NCBI GenBank assembly: GCA_964501635.1
Contig: CAZCTS010000001.1
Span: forward strand, 2,547 to 42,456
Source: an uncultured Oscillospiraceae bacterium
GTDB lineage: Bacteria > Bacillota > Clostridia > Peptostreptococcales > Anaerovoracaceae
Direction: 5' to 3'
DNA: 39,910 bases
The notes beneath the pieces are model-generated. The model was not told the origin of the DNA. It saw only the letters and a program-made list of their open reading frames with translations, and searched no databases. This document shows positions 9,756 through 17,750 of this stretch, piece after piece. The stretch's first letter is position 1. The number at the start of each line of letters is the position of its first letter. Made by a program: the position numbers and the translations under genes.

Positions 9756-10783
9756 GGAGTACTCTCCGAAGAGAAAGAGGGCGGAAAGCGCCGTTTCACA
9801 TCCTTAAGCGTACGCTTTTGTATCTGGGCACCTTCCTGGCGGCCCTGTTGCTGTGTTGCGCCGGCTTGATCTATATTTTCGTCCAGGGGCCTTCGGAATC
9901 CGCCCGCGACATCTTTGTGGCCAGCGTCACCCAAACCTCCGCGGCTAAGTTTGCGGCCTATCTGTTTCTTTCCGACGAAGAGGTGGAAAGCATTTTGGCA
10001 AAGAGCGCTGTGACGGATACCGGAGAAGTGTCCGACGGAGACCTGATCCAAATCGGCGGCGGAGACGAGGACTACGACCTGAACGGCTTGACTATCGTTG
10101 ACGTGAGCGGCTCTACTTATAAAGGCAAAATGATGATCGTCAACGATCCTTCCAGAGTCTACGTGGCGGCCATTCCCGATTTTACCGTGGCGCGGGGCCA
10201 GCAGGTGGCTCAGATGGTAGCCAAGGAAAATGCCCTGGCAGGGATCAACGGAGGCGGTTTTGAGGACATCGCAGGCCTGGGCAAGGGCGCGAAAGCGCTG
10301 GGGATCGTGGTTTCCCAGGGCGTCTGGCGAAACGGAAGCAAGACCGGGACCCATCAGGTGATCGGATTCGACGACAAGGACAGACTGCTGATCGGGACCA
10401 TGAGCGGCAGCGAGGCCATTCAGGCGGGCGTCCGCGATGCGGTGGCCTGGGGACCGGTGCTGATCGTCAACGGCCAGCCCATGGAAGTGGGGGATGCCGG
10501 GGGCGGGCTCAACCCCAGAACAGCCATCGGCCAGCGGGCAGACGGCGCTGTTTTGATGCTGGTGATCGACGGACGCCAGACGAACAGCCTGGGCGCAAGC
10601 TATGCGGACCTGATCGAGTTGATGTTGGAGTACGGCGCGGTCAACGCGGCCAACTTGGACGGCGGGACCAGCTCCAGCATGGTCTACGAAGGGGAAGTGA
10701 TCACCAACGTATGCTCCTTGTACGGCGAACGTCCTCTGCCGACCTGTTTTGTCGTAAGGAGGGTGGAAGCAGATGCCGAATAA
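9752..10783 (+). CDS. phosphodiester glycosidase-family protein (NAGPA/DUF2233-like), membrane anchored
   Basis: Start ATG 9752 overlaps the upstream stop (ATGA). The protein has an N-terminal TM helix and the motifs GINGGGFED and NLDGGTSSSMVY. Confidence 0.75.
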   Translation: MRSTLRRERGRKAPFHILKRTLLYLGTFLAALLLCCAGLIYIFVQGPSESARDIFVASVTQTSAAKFAAYLFLSDEEVESILAKSAVTDTGEVSDGDLIQIGGGDEDYDLNGLTIVDVSGSTYKGKMMIVNDPSRVYVAAIPDFTVARGQQVAQMVAKENALAGINGGGFEDIAGLGKGAKALGIVVSQGVWRNGSKTGTHQVIGFDDKDRLLIGTMSGSEAIQAGVRDAVAWGPVLIVNGQPMEVGDAGGGLNPRTAIGQRADGAVLMLVIDGRQTNSLGASYADLIELMLEYGAVNAANLDGGTSSSMVYEGEVITNVCSLYGERPLPTCFVVRRVEADAE

Positions 10784-11855
10784 AGCCTTCCGGCGCCTGC
10801 GCCGGCCCTATCCAGTATTCGCCCTTGCGCTCCTTGCCCTCACACTGGCCCTGTGGGCTTATCTTTGGACAGGACTTGCAAGCTACGAGGCGGGAATTCC
10901 AAAGAATCTGATGCAGCAGCTGGTGCGCGCCATGGAAGCGGAAGCCCTCGAGGAAGGAACTTGCGCAAAGACATTGGAAACCTACGGGAGCGATCTATCC
11001 CAGGAGACGATCCGGGAGAACGGCTTGGCGCTGGCGGATCTGATCCGGGATAAGGAACTGAGCCAACGCAAAATAGCGCCTTGGAAGGGACCAGGCGAAC
11101 TGGCCTATCACATCCTGGCCGACGGAAAGGAAGTGGCGCTTGCCGTGCTGGAAACGGATCCCCGCAAAGGGATCCTGGGACTGGCCAGATACCGTGTGGC
11201 GAATGTCCAGGGAACCCTGGATCTAACGGTCATGGCTTCCCCGGGCGTGCAGGTCTATGCGGGAGAGACGCTTCTGACCCGGGAAGATCGAAGCGAAGAA
11301 GGGCAGGTCCCCCAGGATCTGCGGAAATGGGCAGATTCAGCGCAGAACCAGCTGAAGATCCCACGCTATGATGTCTATTTGCTGAAAGGTCTGTTTCAGA
11401 TGCCCCGGATCCGGGGCGTCGACCCGTCCAAGCGAACGGTCGACGGCGTTTTTTCAGCCCCCGACCGGGTGGTGGTGGGCTTGCCCCTGGACCCGGCGCT
11501 TATGGAAGAGGTCGGGGAGAGGGCTGTAGCCATCACGCACAAGTATTCAAACTACATGAGCGACGATTTGGCTTGGAGCGGTTTTAAAGGATATCTGGTG
11601 GACACCGCGCCGGTCTACGACCGCCTGCGCACCCTGGAAGTGAACTGGTATACGCTGCACGACAGCTACCGATTCGAAAACATGGAAATTTCCGGCTGGA
11701 TCCAGTACTCGGAACAATTGATCTCCCTGCGCACAACTTACGATTATGTGATCGTGGGGCAGGGCAAAGTGACGACGTACAAGACGGACCTGACCTATTA
11801 TCTTGCCCTGGAGCCCGACGGCAAGTGGCGGGTGGCGGAAATGATCGTCAACTGA
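10773..11855 (+). CDS. hypothetical membrane-anchored protein
   Basis: 360-aa ORF that overlaps the upstream gene by 11 nt, with AGGAGGG upstream. It has one N-terminal TM helix (VFALALLALTLALWAYLW). I recognise no family. Confidence 0.65.
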   Translation: MPNKAFRRLRRPYPVFALALLALTLALWAYLWTGLASYEAGIPKNLMQQLVRAMEAEALEEGTCAKTLETYGSDLSQETIRENGLALADLIRDKELSQRKIAPWKGPGELAYHILADGKEVALAVLETDPRKGILGLARYRVANVQGTLDLTVMASPGVQVYAGETLLTREDRSEEGQVPQDLRKWADSAQNQLKIPRYDVYLLKGLFQMPRIRGVDPSKRTVDGVFSAPDRVVVGLPLDPALMEEVGERAVAITHKYSNYMSDDLAWSGFKGYLVDTAPVYDRLRTLEVNWYTLHDSYRFENMEISGWIQYSEQLISLRTTYDYVIVGQGKVTTYKTDLTYYLALEPDGKWRVAEMIVN

Positions 11856-11885
11856 CGATTCAGAAGATGTCTTGAAACGGAAGTA

Positions 11886-11920
11886 AAAAGCCTGCAATCA
11901 TTGAAATTACAGGCTTTTTT
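11886..11920. terminator. bidirectional rho-independent terminator (A-run, hairpin, T-run)
   Basis: AAAAAGCCTGCAAT...ATTACAGGCTTTTTTT. It sits between the convergent + operon (ends 11855) and the minus-strand tRNA cluster (ends 11921). Confidence 0.75.
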
Positions 11921-11995
11921 TGGAGGCGACACCCGGATTTGAACCGGGGGATCAAGGTTTTGCAGACCTGTGCCTTACCGCTTGGCTATGTCGCC
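11921..11995 (-). tRNA. tRNA-Cys (anticodon GCA), CCA encoded
   Basis: The reverse complement is GGCGACATAGCCAAGCGGTAAGGCACAGGTCTGCAAAACCTTGATCCCCCGGTTCAAATCCGGGTGTCGCCTCCA. The 7-bp acceptor GGCGACA/TGTCGCC is perfect, the discriminator is U, and the anticodon loop is CTGCAAA. Confidence 0.9.
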
Positions 11996-12028
11996 GCATA
12001 ATGCCGGCACTAGGCCGGCATTATTTCG

Positions 12029-12103
12029 TTGGCTAGGGTAGAAGGATTTGAACCTTCGCATAACGGAATCAGAATCCGTTGCCTTACCGCTTGGCTATAC
12101 CCC
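12029..12103 (-). tRNA. tRNA-Gln (anticodon CTG), CCA encoded
   Basis: The reverse complement is TGGGGTATAGCCAAGCGGTAAGGCAACGGATTCTGATTCCGTTATGCGAAGGTTCAAATCCTTCTACCCTAGCCA. The anticodon stem is ACGGA/TCCGT and the loop is TTCTGAT. Confidence 0.9.
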
Positions 12104-12124
12104 AATATTGAATTCTGTCCACTT

Positions 12125-12152
12125 ATTATATCACATTGCTCTTAAAATCCAA
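12125..12152 (-). promoter_or_regulatory. possible internal promoter upstream of tRNA-Gln
   Basis: The minus strand reads TTGGAT (12152-12147), a 16-nt spacer, then TATAAT (12130-12125). It lies in the AT-rich 72-nt spacer between tRNA-His and tRNA-Gln. Confidence 0.3.
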
Positions 12153-12175
12153 GAGGGTCCTGTGATATTTTTTGT

Positions 12176-12252
12176 TGGGGTGGGTAGTGGGAGTCGAACC
12201 CACGCATACAGGAGCCACAACCCTGGGTCTTGACCACTTGACGATACCCACC
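12176..12252 (-). tRNA. tRNA-His (anticodon GTG) with encoded G-1 and CCA
   Basis: The reverse complement is GGTGGGTATCGTCAAGTGGTCAAGACCCAGGGTTGTGGCTCCTGTATGCGTGGGTTCGACTCCCACTACCCACCCCA. An extra 5' G pairs with C73, and the anticodon loop is TTGTGGC. Confidence 0.9.
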
Positions 12253-12266
12253 ACAGCTGCATGAAT

Positions 12267-12343
12267 TGGCGACCCGGAACGGGCTCGAACCGTCGACCTC
12301 CAGCGTGACAGGCTGGCATTCTAACCAACTGAACTACCGGGCC
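12267..12343 (-). tRNA. tRNA-Asp (anticodon GTC), CCA encoded
   Basis: The reverse complement is GGCCCGGTAGTTCAGTTGGTTAGAATGCCAGCCTGTCACGCTGGAGGTCGACGGTTCGAGCCCGTTCCGGGTCGCCA. The anticodon loop is CTGTCAC. Confidence 0.9.
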
Positions 12344-12351
12344 ACTAATGG

Positions 12352-12428
12352 TGGTAGCGGCGAGTGGAGTCGAACCACCGACCTTCCGGGTATGAACCGG
12401 ACGCTCTAGCCAACTAAGCTACACCGCC
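12352..12428 (-). tRNA. elongator tRNA-Met (anticodon CAT), CCA encoded
   Basis: The reverse complement is GGCGGTGTAGCTTAGTTGGCTAGAGCGTCCGGTTCATACCCGGAAGGTCGGTGGTTCGACTCCACTCGCCGCTACCA. Positions 1:72 are paired and there is no GGG/CCC anticodon stem, so it is not an initiator. It resembles Bacillus elongator tRNA-Met. A lysidine-modified tRNA-Ile2 cannot be fully excluded by eye. Confidence 0.85.
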
Positions 12429-12461
12429 ACACTGTGGAAATAAGCCAACCACGCAAGAGAG

Positions 12462-12490
12462 ATAGTACCATTTTCGTTGCTCACTGTCAA
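12462..12490 (-). promoter_or_regulatory. sigma-A-type promoter of the tRNA cluster
   Basis: The minus strand reads TTGACA (12490-12485), a 17-nt spacer, then TACTAT (12467-12462), about 35 nt upstream of tRNA-Met. Confidence 0.6.
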
Positions 12491-12524
12491 TATCCGAAAT
12501 TGCTTTTTTAGCAAAGCTCCGGGG

Positions 12525-13919
12525 TCAGTCCATTCGAAAAGCGGACTGCAGATATTCCCGGATCCAGCTGTGCTCCGTGTCCCTGCGGCTGTCGTAGACG
12601 ACGCTGCCGTTCAAGATGGTCATCCAGGCCTGTGGCGGGCTTTCGCTTTGGATCCCGGGGTCCTGCTCAAACACGGCCAGATCCGCCCACTTCCCGGCTT
12701 CGATGGTGCCCGTTTGTCCGGAAAGGCCAAGCTGCTCAGCTCCTCGAATCGTGTGTTTTTCCAGCATAGCCTGGGCGGAGCGGTTTGAAGGATCCTCGTC
12801 GCCGGGAAAGTATTCGTAGACATCGGCGCTCAGAATGGCAGAGCGTTCTTCCTCTGAAATCTGCTCCTTGTGCGCGACGGCGAAAGAAGATTTTTTATAG
12901 GAGGCCTTCAGCTCGGACAACAGGGCCAGGGCTGAGACGGCGGCGGCGTGATCCAGGGCGGTGATCCGAATGTGGTAGCCTTTGTCCGCGGCCAGGGAGC
13001 ACAGGCTCTTCAGATAGGACTCGCTCATGAAATGGCAGCTGTCCTGGGCGCTGCTGACGTGGACGCACAGGGTGTTGAACTGTATCAGGCCTTTCAGTTC
13101 GGCGCAGGCAGTGCTTTTCTGAGCCATCTGATGGAGGACCAGGCGTTCGGGAAGGGGCGCATTCAACAGAAGAGATCCAAAATACCGCTGCTTCAGCAAG
13201 TCTTCCTGGTAAGCGTCGACCAGCAATTCCCGGTAAATACTTTCGAAGTGACCAAAGGACGGAAGGACGAATTCTCCCGTAAAGCCCCTTTGAGCCAGGC
13301 TGTACGCGTGCACGGCCAGGTTCTTTTGCAGGGCAGCCATATCTGCGGACAGCAGGACCGAAGTGACCAGGGCCGGCGTGACTGCGGGCATGTCCAGTTC
13401 TTCGGCTTCTTTGGCCACGGCCTCCGCCGCCGGCGTGTTGAGGATCATGTGGTGCCCGTCGCAGGCCACCAGGACGGCGGGCTTATCCAAAGCCGCCTCG
13501 TTCAAGGCCTGCCGGATGTCCGGAATGTCTCCTTCCGCCACAGCGGTCGGATCGTAGCCGTAGGCCAGATATCGCTCCTCCGCCGGATGGTCCGCAATAT
13601 AGGTGAGGACCGCAGAGAGGAGCGTGTCTTTCGTCATGCGCTCTGAAAGAGCCAGGTATTGATCCTCGAAGACCCAAGGGATAGGATCGCTGTGGAGATC
13701 CAGCCATCCGGGCGTCAGGAAACGTCCTTCCAAGTCCACCACCAGGGTCTGCCCTGTGATCAGAGGCTCGATCGCCGCCCGGTCTCCCACGGCCAGGATT
13801 CTTCCTTCCCCGCAGGCCACCGCCTCGGCATGCGGAAGATCCGGATCCATGGTCCGGACGAAACCGTTGACGAGAACCAGGTCCGCGGATGTTTTTTTCT
13901 TGAACAGTCCAAACCCCAT
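12525..13919 (-). CDS. amidohydrolase-3 (YtcJ-like) family protein with non-canonical first metal motif
   Basis: Taken from ORF 12525..14183, with the start moved to ATG 13919 (the minus strand reads AAAGGAGGAAGCGCTTT-ATG). The N-terminus is LVLVNGFVRTMDP...AVACGEGRILAVGD...VVDLEGRFLTPGWLDLHSD and the C-terminus is GTIEAGKWADLAVFEQD, which is the amidohydrolase-3 layout. The usual HxH reads HSD (13694-13686). Confidence 0.75.
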   Translation of the reverse strand: MGFGLFKKKTSADLVLVNGFVRTMDPDLPHAEAVACGEGRILAVGDRAAIEPLITGQTLVVDLEGRFLTPGWLDLHSDPIPWVFEDQYLALSERMTKDTLLSAVLTYIADHPAEERYLAYGYDPTAVAEGDIPDIRQALNEAALDKPAVLVACDGHHMILNTPAAEAVAKEAEELDMPAVTPALVTSVLLSADMAALQKNLAVHAYSLAQRGFTGEFVLPSFGHFESIYRELLVDAYQEDLLKQRYFGSLLLNAPLPERLVLHQMAQKSTACAELKGLIQFNTLCVHVSSAQDSCHFMSESYLKSLCSLAADKGYHIRITALDHAAAVSALALLSELKASYKKSSFAVAHKEQISEEERSAILSADVYEYFPGDEDPSNRSAQAMLEKHTIRGAEQLGLSGQTGTIEAGKWADLAVFEQDPGIQSESPPQAWMTILNGSVVYDSRRDTEHSWIREYLQSAFRMD

Positions 13920-14025
13920 AAAGCGCTTCCTCCTTTGAATGGTACATATTATGCGGTCACAAGTCCTGTTTGTCAATGTGGAAGGAGATATGTTATACTT
14001 GAAACACTTTGAGGAGGTGACTGAT

Positions 14026-14970
14026 ATGACAGACAATCGATTTGATGTGGACGCGATACCCGGCGAGAAATGGTTCCCCAAGGAATCCCGTTTCGAAGAG
14101 GATATGCCCCTGTATTGGGGCGACTGGGGCGTGTCTTCCGAAGTGGAAAAGCTGAAGGCTGTGCTGATGCGCCGGCCCGGCAAAGAAGTGGAAAGCTTCG
14201 ATGCGGCGGCGGTCCGTTTTACCGACGAGCCTTTGGATGTGGATCTGATGCGCCGTCAGCACGACGATGTGACCGCGATCTACAGGGCGCACGGGGTCGC
14301 GGTGTATTACGTGGAGGAACAAAGGGAAGACCGGCCCAACGCAGTGTATTGCAGAGATCTGATGTTTATGACGCCGGAAGGCGCCATCATCACCCGGCCG
14401 GGCATGGCCGCCCGCCGGGGGGAAGAGCGCTACATCGCCCAGGCCCTGGCCAAGATCGGGGTCCCTATCGTCCGGACGATCAACGGAGAGGGAATATTCG
14501 AGGGGGCCAACGCCATGTGGGTGGACCGGCGCACCTGCGTGCTCTCCACCGGCATCCGCTGCAACAGGAGCGGCTACGAGCAGGTGGCGGAAGAACTTCG
14601 CCGGCAGGGCGTGACGGAGATCATTCCCATGCAGCTGCCCTACAGCAATATCCACATCGACGGGCTGCTGAATCCGGCCAGCAACGACACGGTGATCGGA
14701 CATGTGTCCCAGATTCCCTACGATGTGCTGGACGCCCTTAAACGAAAGGGCTACCGGATCTTGGAGGCGCCTTCCCAAACGGAAGTCCGCGCCCTGGCCT
14801 GCAACTTCGTGGCTTTGGAGCCGGGGCACATCCTGATGGCTCCGGGAACACCCAGGACCCAGGAATTGCTGGAGAAAAGCGGCATCCGGGTCACGACCGT
14901 CAATGTGTCGGAGATCCTGAAGGGCAGAGGATCGCTGCACTGCATCACCGCCTATCTCAAGAGAGGCTGA
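14026..14970 (+). CDS. amidinotransferase/arginine deiminase/DDAH-fold (guanidino-group modifying) enzyme
   Basis: Taken from ORF 13939..14970, with the start moved to ATG 14026 (GAGGAGG 8 nt upstream). The C-terminal GRGSLHCITAYL carries the nucleophilic Cys context of this superfamily. An internal HIDG His motif is present, and the length is about 314 aa. Confidence 0.7.
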   Translation: MTDNRFDVDAIPGEKWFPKESRFEEDMPLYWGDWGVSSEVEKLKAVLMRRPGKEVESFDAAAVRFTDEPLDVDLMRRQHDDVTAIYRAHGVAVYYVEEQREDRPNAVYCRDLMFMTPEGAIITRPGMAARRGEERYIAQALAKIGVPIVRTINGEGIFEGANAMWVDRRTCVLSTGIRCNRSGYEQVAEELRRQGVTEIIPMQLPYSNIHIDGLLNPASNDTVIGHVSQIPYDVLDALKRKGYRILEAPSQTEVRALACNFVALEPGHILMAPGTPRTQELLEKSGIRVTTVNVSEILKGRGSLHCITAYLKRG

Positions 14971-15014
14971 TTCGATATTCAAGGGACCAGGCCGTCGCCT
15001 GAAAGGAGCATACT

Positions 15015-15854
15015 GTGGAATACACCTACGATTATTACAAAAAAAGCGCCGATTACATCCGGGAGGTCTCCGGCGGATTTCAACCGGAACTGGGCATTGT
15101 TTTGGGGACCGGTCTTGGGGAATACGACCGGAACGTGGAGGATCCCATACGGATTCCTTACGAAGACATCCCGAACTTCCTGATCTCCACAGCACCGGAC
15201 CATGCAGGAGAACTGATTCTGGGTACTATCGAGGGTCACAAGGTGTGCTGCATGTCCGGCCGCTTTCATTCCTACGAGGGCTACAGCTTCGAGCAGCTGG
15301 CGGCACCTGTGCGCGTAATGAAGATTTTGGGCATTCAAAGGCTGATCCTCACCAATGCGGCGGGCGCGATCAACACAGACTATCAGGTGGGGGATATCAT
15401 GGTGATCAAGGATCACATCAAGCTGATGGGGCTTTCGCCCCTGGCCGGTCCCAACATCCCTGAATTCGGGCCTCGCTTCTTCGACATGGGCCACGTGTAC
15501 GACAGCAGCATGCGGAAAATTGCTTTGGACTGCGCTTCCGCGACGCGTCTGAACATCCGCGAGGGGGTCTATTTCTTCTTTGCGGGCCCGCAGTTCGAAA
15601 GCCCTGCGGAGATCCGCGCCGCAAGGATCCTGGGCGGAGACGCCGCCGGCATGTCCACCGTCACCGAAGCCATCGTCGCAGCTCACTGCGGCATTCCGGT
15701 CCTGGGCCTGTCGGTCATGACCAACATGGCTGCCGGGGTCCTGGATGAACGTCTGACCAGCCAGAATGTGACTGTGGTCTCCCTGCGCGTAGCGGGAGAC
15801 TTTGAAGAGTACTTTACAGAGATCCTCAGGAGACTGCCGTGCGAAAGCTGCTGA
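15015..15854 (+). CDS. punA: purine nucleoside phosphorylase, trimeric PunA/PNP-I type
   Basis: GTG 15015 follows AAAGGAG. The protein is clearly alignable by eye to B. subtilis PunA (IVLGTGLG, PYEDIPNF, HAGELILGT, GRFHSYEGYS, PVRVMK, LTNAAGAIN, GPQFESPAE, GMSTVTEAIVA, SVMTNMAAG). The Asn in TNMAAG suggests 6-oxopurine specificity. Confidence 0.9.
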   Translation: MEYTYDYYKKSADYIREVSGGFQPELGIVLGTGLGEYDRNVEDPIRIPYEDIPNFLISTAPDHAGELILGTIEGHKVCCMSGRFHSYEGYSFEQLAAPVRVMKILGIQRLILTNAAGAINTDYQVGDIMVIKDHIKLMGLSPLAGPNIPEFGPRFFDMGHVYDSSMRKIALDCASATRLNIREGVYFFFAGPQFESPAEIRAARILGGDAAGMSTVTEAIVAAHCGIPVLGLSVMTNMAAGVLDERLTSQNVTVVSLRVAGDFEEYFTEILRRLPCESC

Positions 15855-17140
15855 AGAACTGCGATATTTTGTCCGGCTCGCCGGCGGAGAACCATGTGAT
15901 CCGGAACGGATACCTGGGCATCGACGGGATGACGATCGACTACATCGGCCAGGAGAAGCCCGCCCGGGATTATGACGAAGTCCGGGATATGAAAGGCTGC
16001 CTGCTGATGCCCGGTCTGATCAACTGCCACTGCCATTCGCCCATGGTGCTCCTGCGGGGCGTAGGCAGCGATCTGCCGCTGCAGGAATGGCTCTTCGACT
16101 GGATCATGCCCATCGAGGCCAACTTAAGGGAAGAGGATGTCCTCGCCGGCACCCGGCTGGCTGTCATGGAAATGCTGGCCGGCGGGACCACCTCCTTTAC
16201 GGATATGTACGACTTTCCCGCCCAGACGGCGCAAGTGGTGTCGGAATGCGGCATCAAGGCCAATCTCTGCATGCCCCTGGTATGCCAGGATCCGGAGCTA
16301 AAAGGGGAGGACTGCCGGCGCATCGCCGATTCCCTGGCCTTTTTCAAGGCCTTCCACGAGACGGCCCAGGGAAGGCTTCTGGTGGATTTCGGCATCCACT
16401 CCGAATACCTGACAACACCCCGGACCGTGGAATATTTCTCCGGGATCTGCAAGGAGGAAGGGGGGCGCGTCCATCTGCACCTCTCCGAGACGCTCCGGGA
16501 GCATACGGAGTGCAAGCAGCGCTACGGAAAGACCCCGGCGGAGTGGTTCCGGGATCTTGGCACCCTGGATTCCCCGGTGCTGGCGGCCCACTGCGTGCAC
16601 TGCGAAGACTCGGATCTGGATATTTTTGTGGAAAAGGGCACCAGCCTGATCCACAATCCCTCCAGCAACATGAAGCTGGGCAGCGGCTTTGCCCCCATTG
16701 TCAAAGCGCTGCAAAAGGGCGTGAACGTGGTCCTGGGCACCGACGGAGCAGCCAGCAACAACAATCTTAATATACTGGAGGAAATGCACCTGGCGTCCGT
16801 GATCCACAACGGCTATCACCGGGACGCCACGGTGGTGGGACCCGGGCAGGTGATGAGCATGGTCACGGTCAACGGGGCCCTTGCCCAGGGACGGCCGGAC
16901 ACGGGCGAATTGACCGTCGGCAAAAAGGCCGATATCGTGGCGCTTTCTTTCGACGGGCCCCACATGTTCCCGGCGCTTGAAGTTCTGCCGATGCTCACCT
17001 ATTCGGCCCAGGGAGCGGATGTGCGGATGACCATGGTCAACGGTAAAGTTTTATATGAAAACGGCAGCTATTTGACGCTGGACGCGGAGCAGGTGATGCA
17101 CGGCGCCCGACATTCCGTCGCCCATCTGTTGGGCAGGTAA
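15839..17140 (+). CDS. mtaD: 5'-methylthioadenosine/S-adenosylhomocysteine/adenosine deaminase-type amidohydrolase
   Basis: GTG 15839 overlaps the punA 3' end by 16 nt. Motifs: GLINCHCHSPMVLLRG, PLQEWLFDWIMP, VHLHLSET, AAHCVH and LGTDGAASNNNLN. Substrate specificity is not determinable by eye. Confidence 0.8.
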   Translation: MRKLLKNCDILSGSPAENHVIRNGYLGIDGMTIDYIGQEKPARDYDEVRDMKGCLLMPGLINCHCHSPMVLLRGVGSDLPLQEWLFDWIMPIEANLREEDVLAGTRLAVMEMLAGGTTSFTDMYDFPAQTAQVVSECGIKANLCMPLVCQDPELKGEDCRRIADSLAFFKAFHETAQGRLLVDFGIHSEYLTTPRTVEYFSGICKEEGGRVHLHLSETLREHTECKQRYGKTPAEWFRDLGTLDSPVLAAHCVHCEDSDLDIFVEKGTSLIHNPSSNMKLGSGFAPIVKALQKGVNVVLGTDGAASNNNLNILEEMHLASVIHNGYHRDATVVGPGQVMSMVTVNGALAQGRPDTGELTVGKKADIVALSFDGPHMFPALEVLPMLTYSAQGADVRMTMVNGKVLYENGSYLTLDAEQVMHGARHSVAHLLGR

Positions 17141-17154
17141 GATCCCAATAGAAA

Positions 17155-17186
17155 CTGGCAGCCCTGCGGGCTGCCAGTATTTTTTT
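17155..17186. terminator. bidirectional rho-independent terminator
   Basis: A 10-bp perfect stem, CTGGCAGCCC-TGC-GGGCTGCCAG, is followed by TATTTTTTT. It sits between convergent mtaD and the RNase gene. Confidence 0.8.
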
Positions 17187-17198
17187 ACACATCCTTCG

Positions 17199-17675
17199 TT
17201 ATTCTTCCGGGTACAGCTGGATAAAACTGTCGTAGTGGTCCTCGGTGAAGAAGATCAGGCCGTCATCGGAATAGACCAGCCGCTTGGGGCCCCGGTATTC
17301 CTTGCCCAGGGTGTCGATGTCGCATTCCCGATAGGTCCGCCCCTTGGCTTTGGGAAGGAGTCCTTCGTAGTTTCCGAAGATATCCCCTCCGATGGCGTAA
17401 CCCGGGAAGTCCGCATCCGGCGAGCCGCCGCTCCAGCCCATGGCCTCCGCCTCGTCCTTCGTGATGAAGTTCGTTGGCAATTTACCGTAGAGATGCAAAT
17501 AGAGAGACACATCCTGAGCAGTATAATACCACCCGTCTTTGTCGAGTTCCTCCTCGGCCGATTCCTGCTCGACCGGCGCCTGCCCCGGCAGGCCGGGGGG
17601 CAGGCTTTGCTGCAGCCCGGTCCAAAGGAGCAGGGCGGCCAGCAAAAGAATAACGATGATTTTTAACGCTTTCAT
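17199..17675 (-). CDS. secreted barnase-family guanyl-preferring ribonuclease
   Basis: This is the real C-terminal part of the listed 507-aa ORF, starting at ATG 17675 (158 aa). It has a signal peptide MKALKIIVILLLAALLLWTG. The mature part aligns by eye with barnase: YLHLYGKLPTNFITKDEAEAMGW, IGGDIFGNYEGLLPKAKGRTYRECDID, RLVYSDDGLIFFTEDHYDSF. The catalytic Glu (REC) and His (EDHY) are conserved. Confidence 0.85.
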   Translation of the reverse strand: MKALKIIVILLLAALLLWTGLQQSLPPGLPGQAPVEQESAEEELDKDGWYYTAQDVSLYLHLYGKLPTNFITKDEAEAMGWSGGSPDADFPGYAIGGDIFGNYEGLLPKAKGRTYRECDIDTLGKEYRGPKRLVYSDDGLIFFTEDHYDSFIQLYPEE

Positions 17676-17750
17676 GGCTTGATTATACCATGCCCTTCGA
17701 TTGAAAAACAAAGGCTTTCCCTCTATAATGGTCTTTATGGAGGGAAAACT

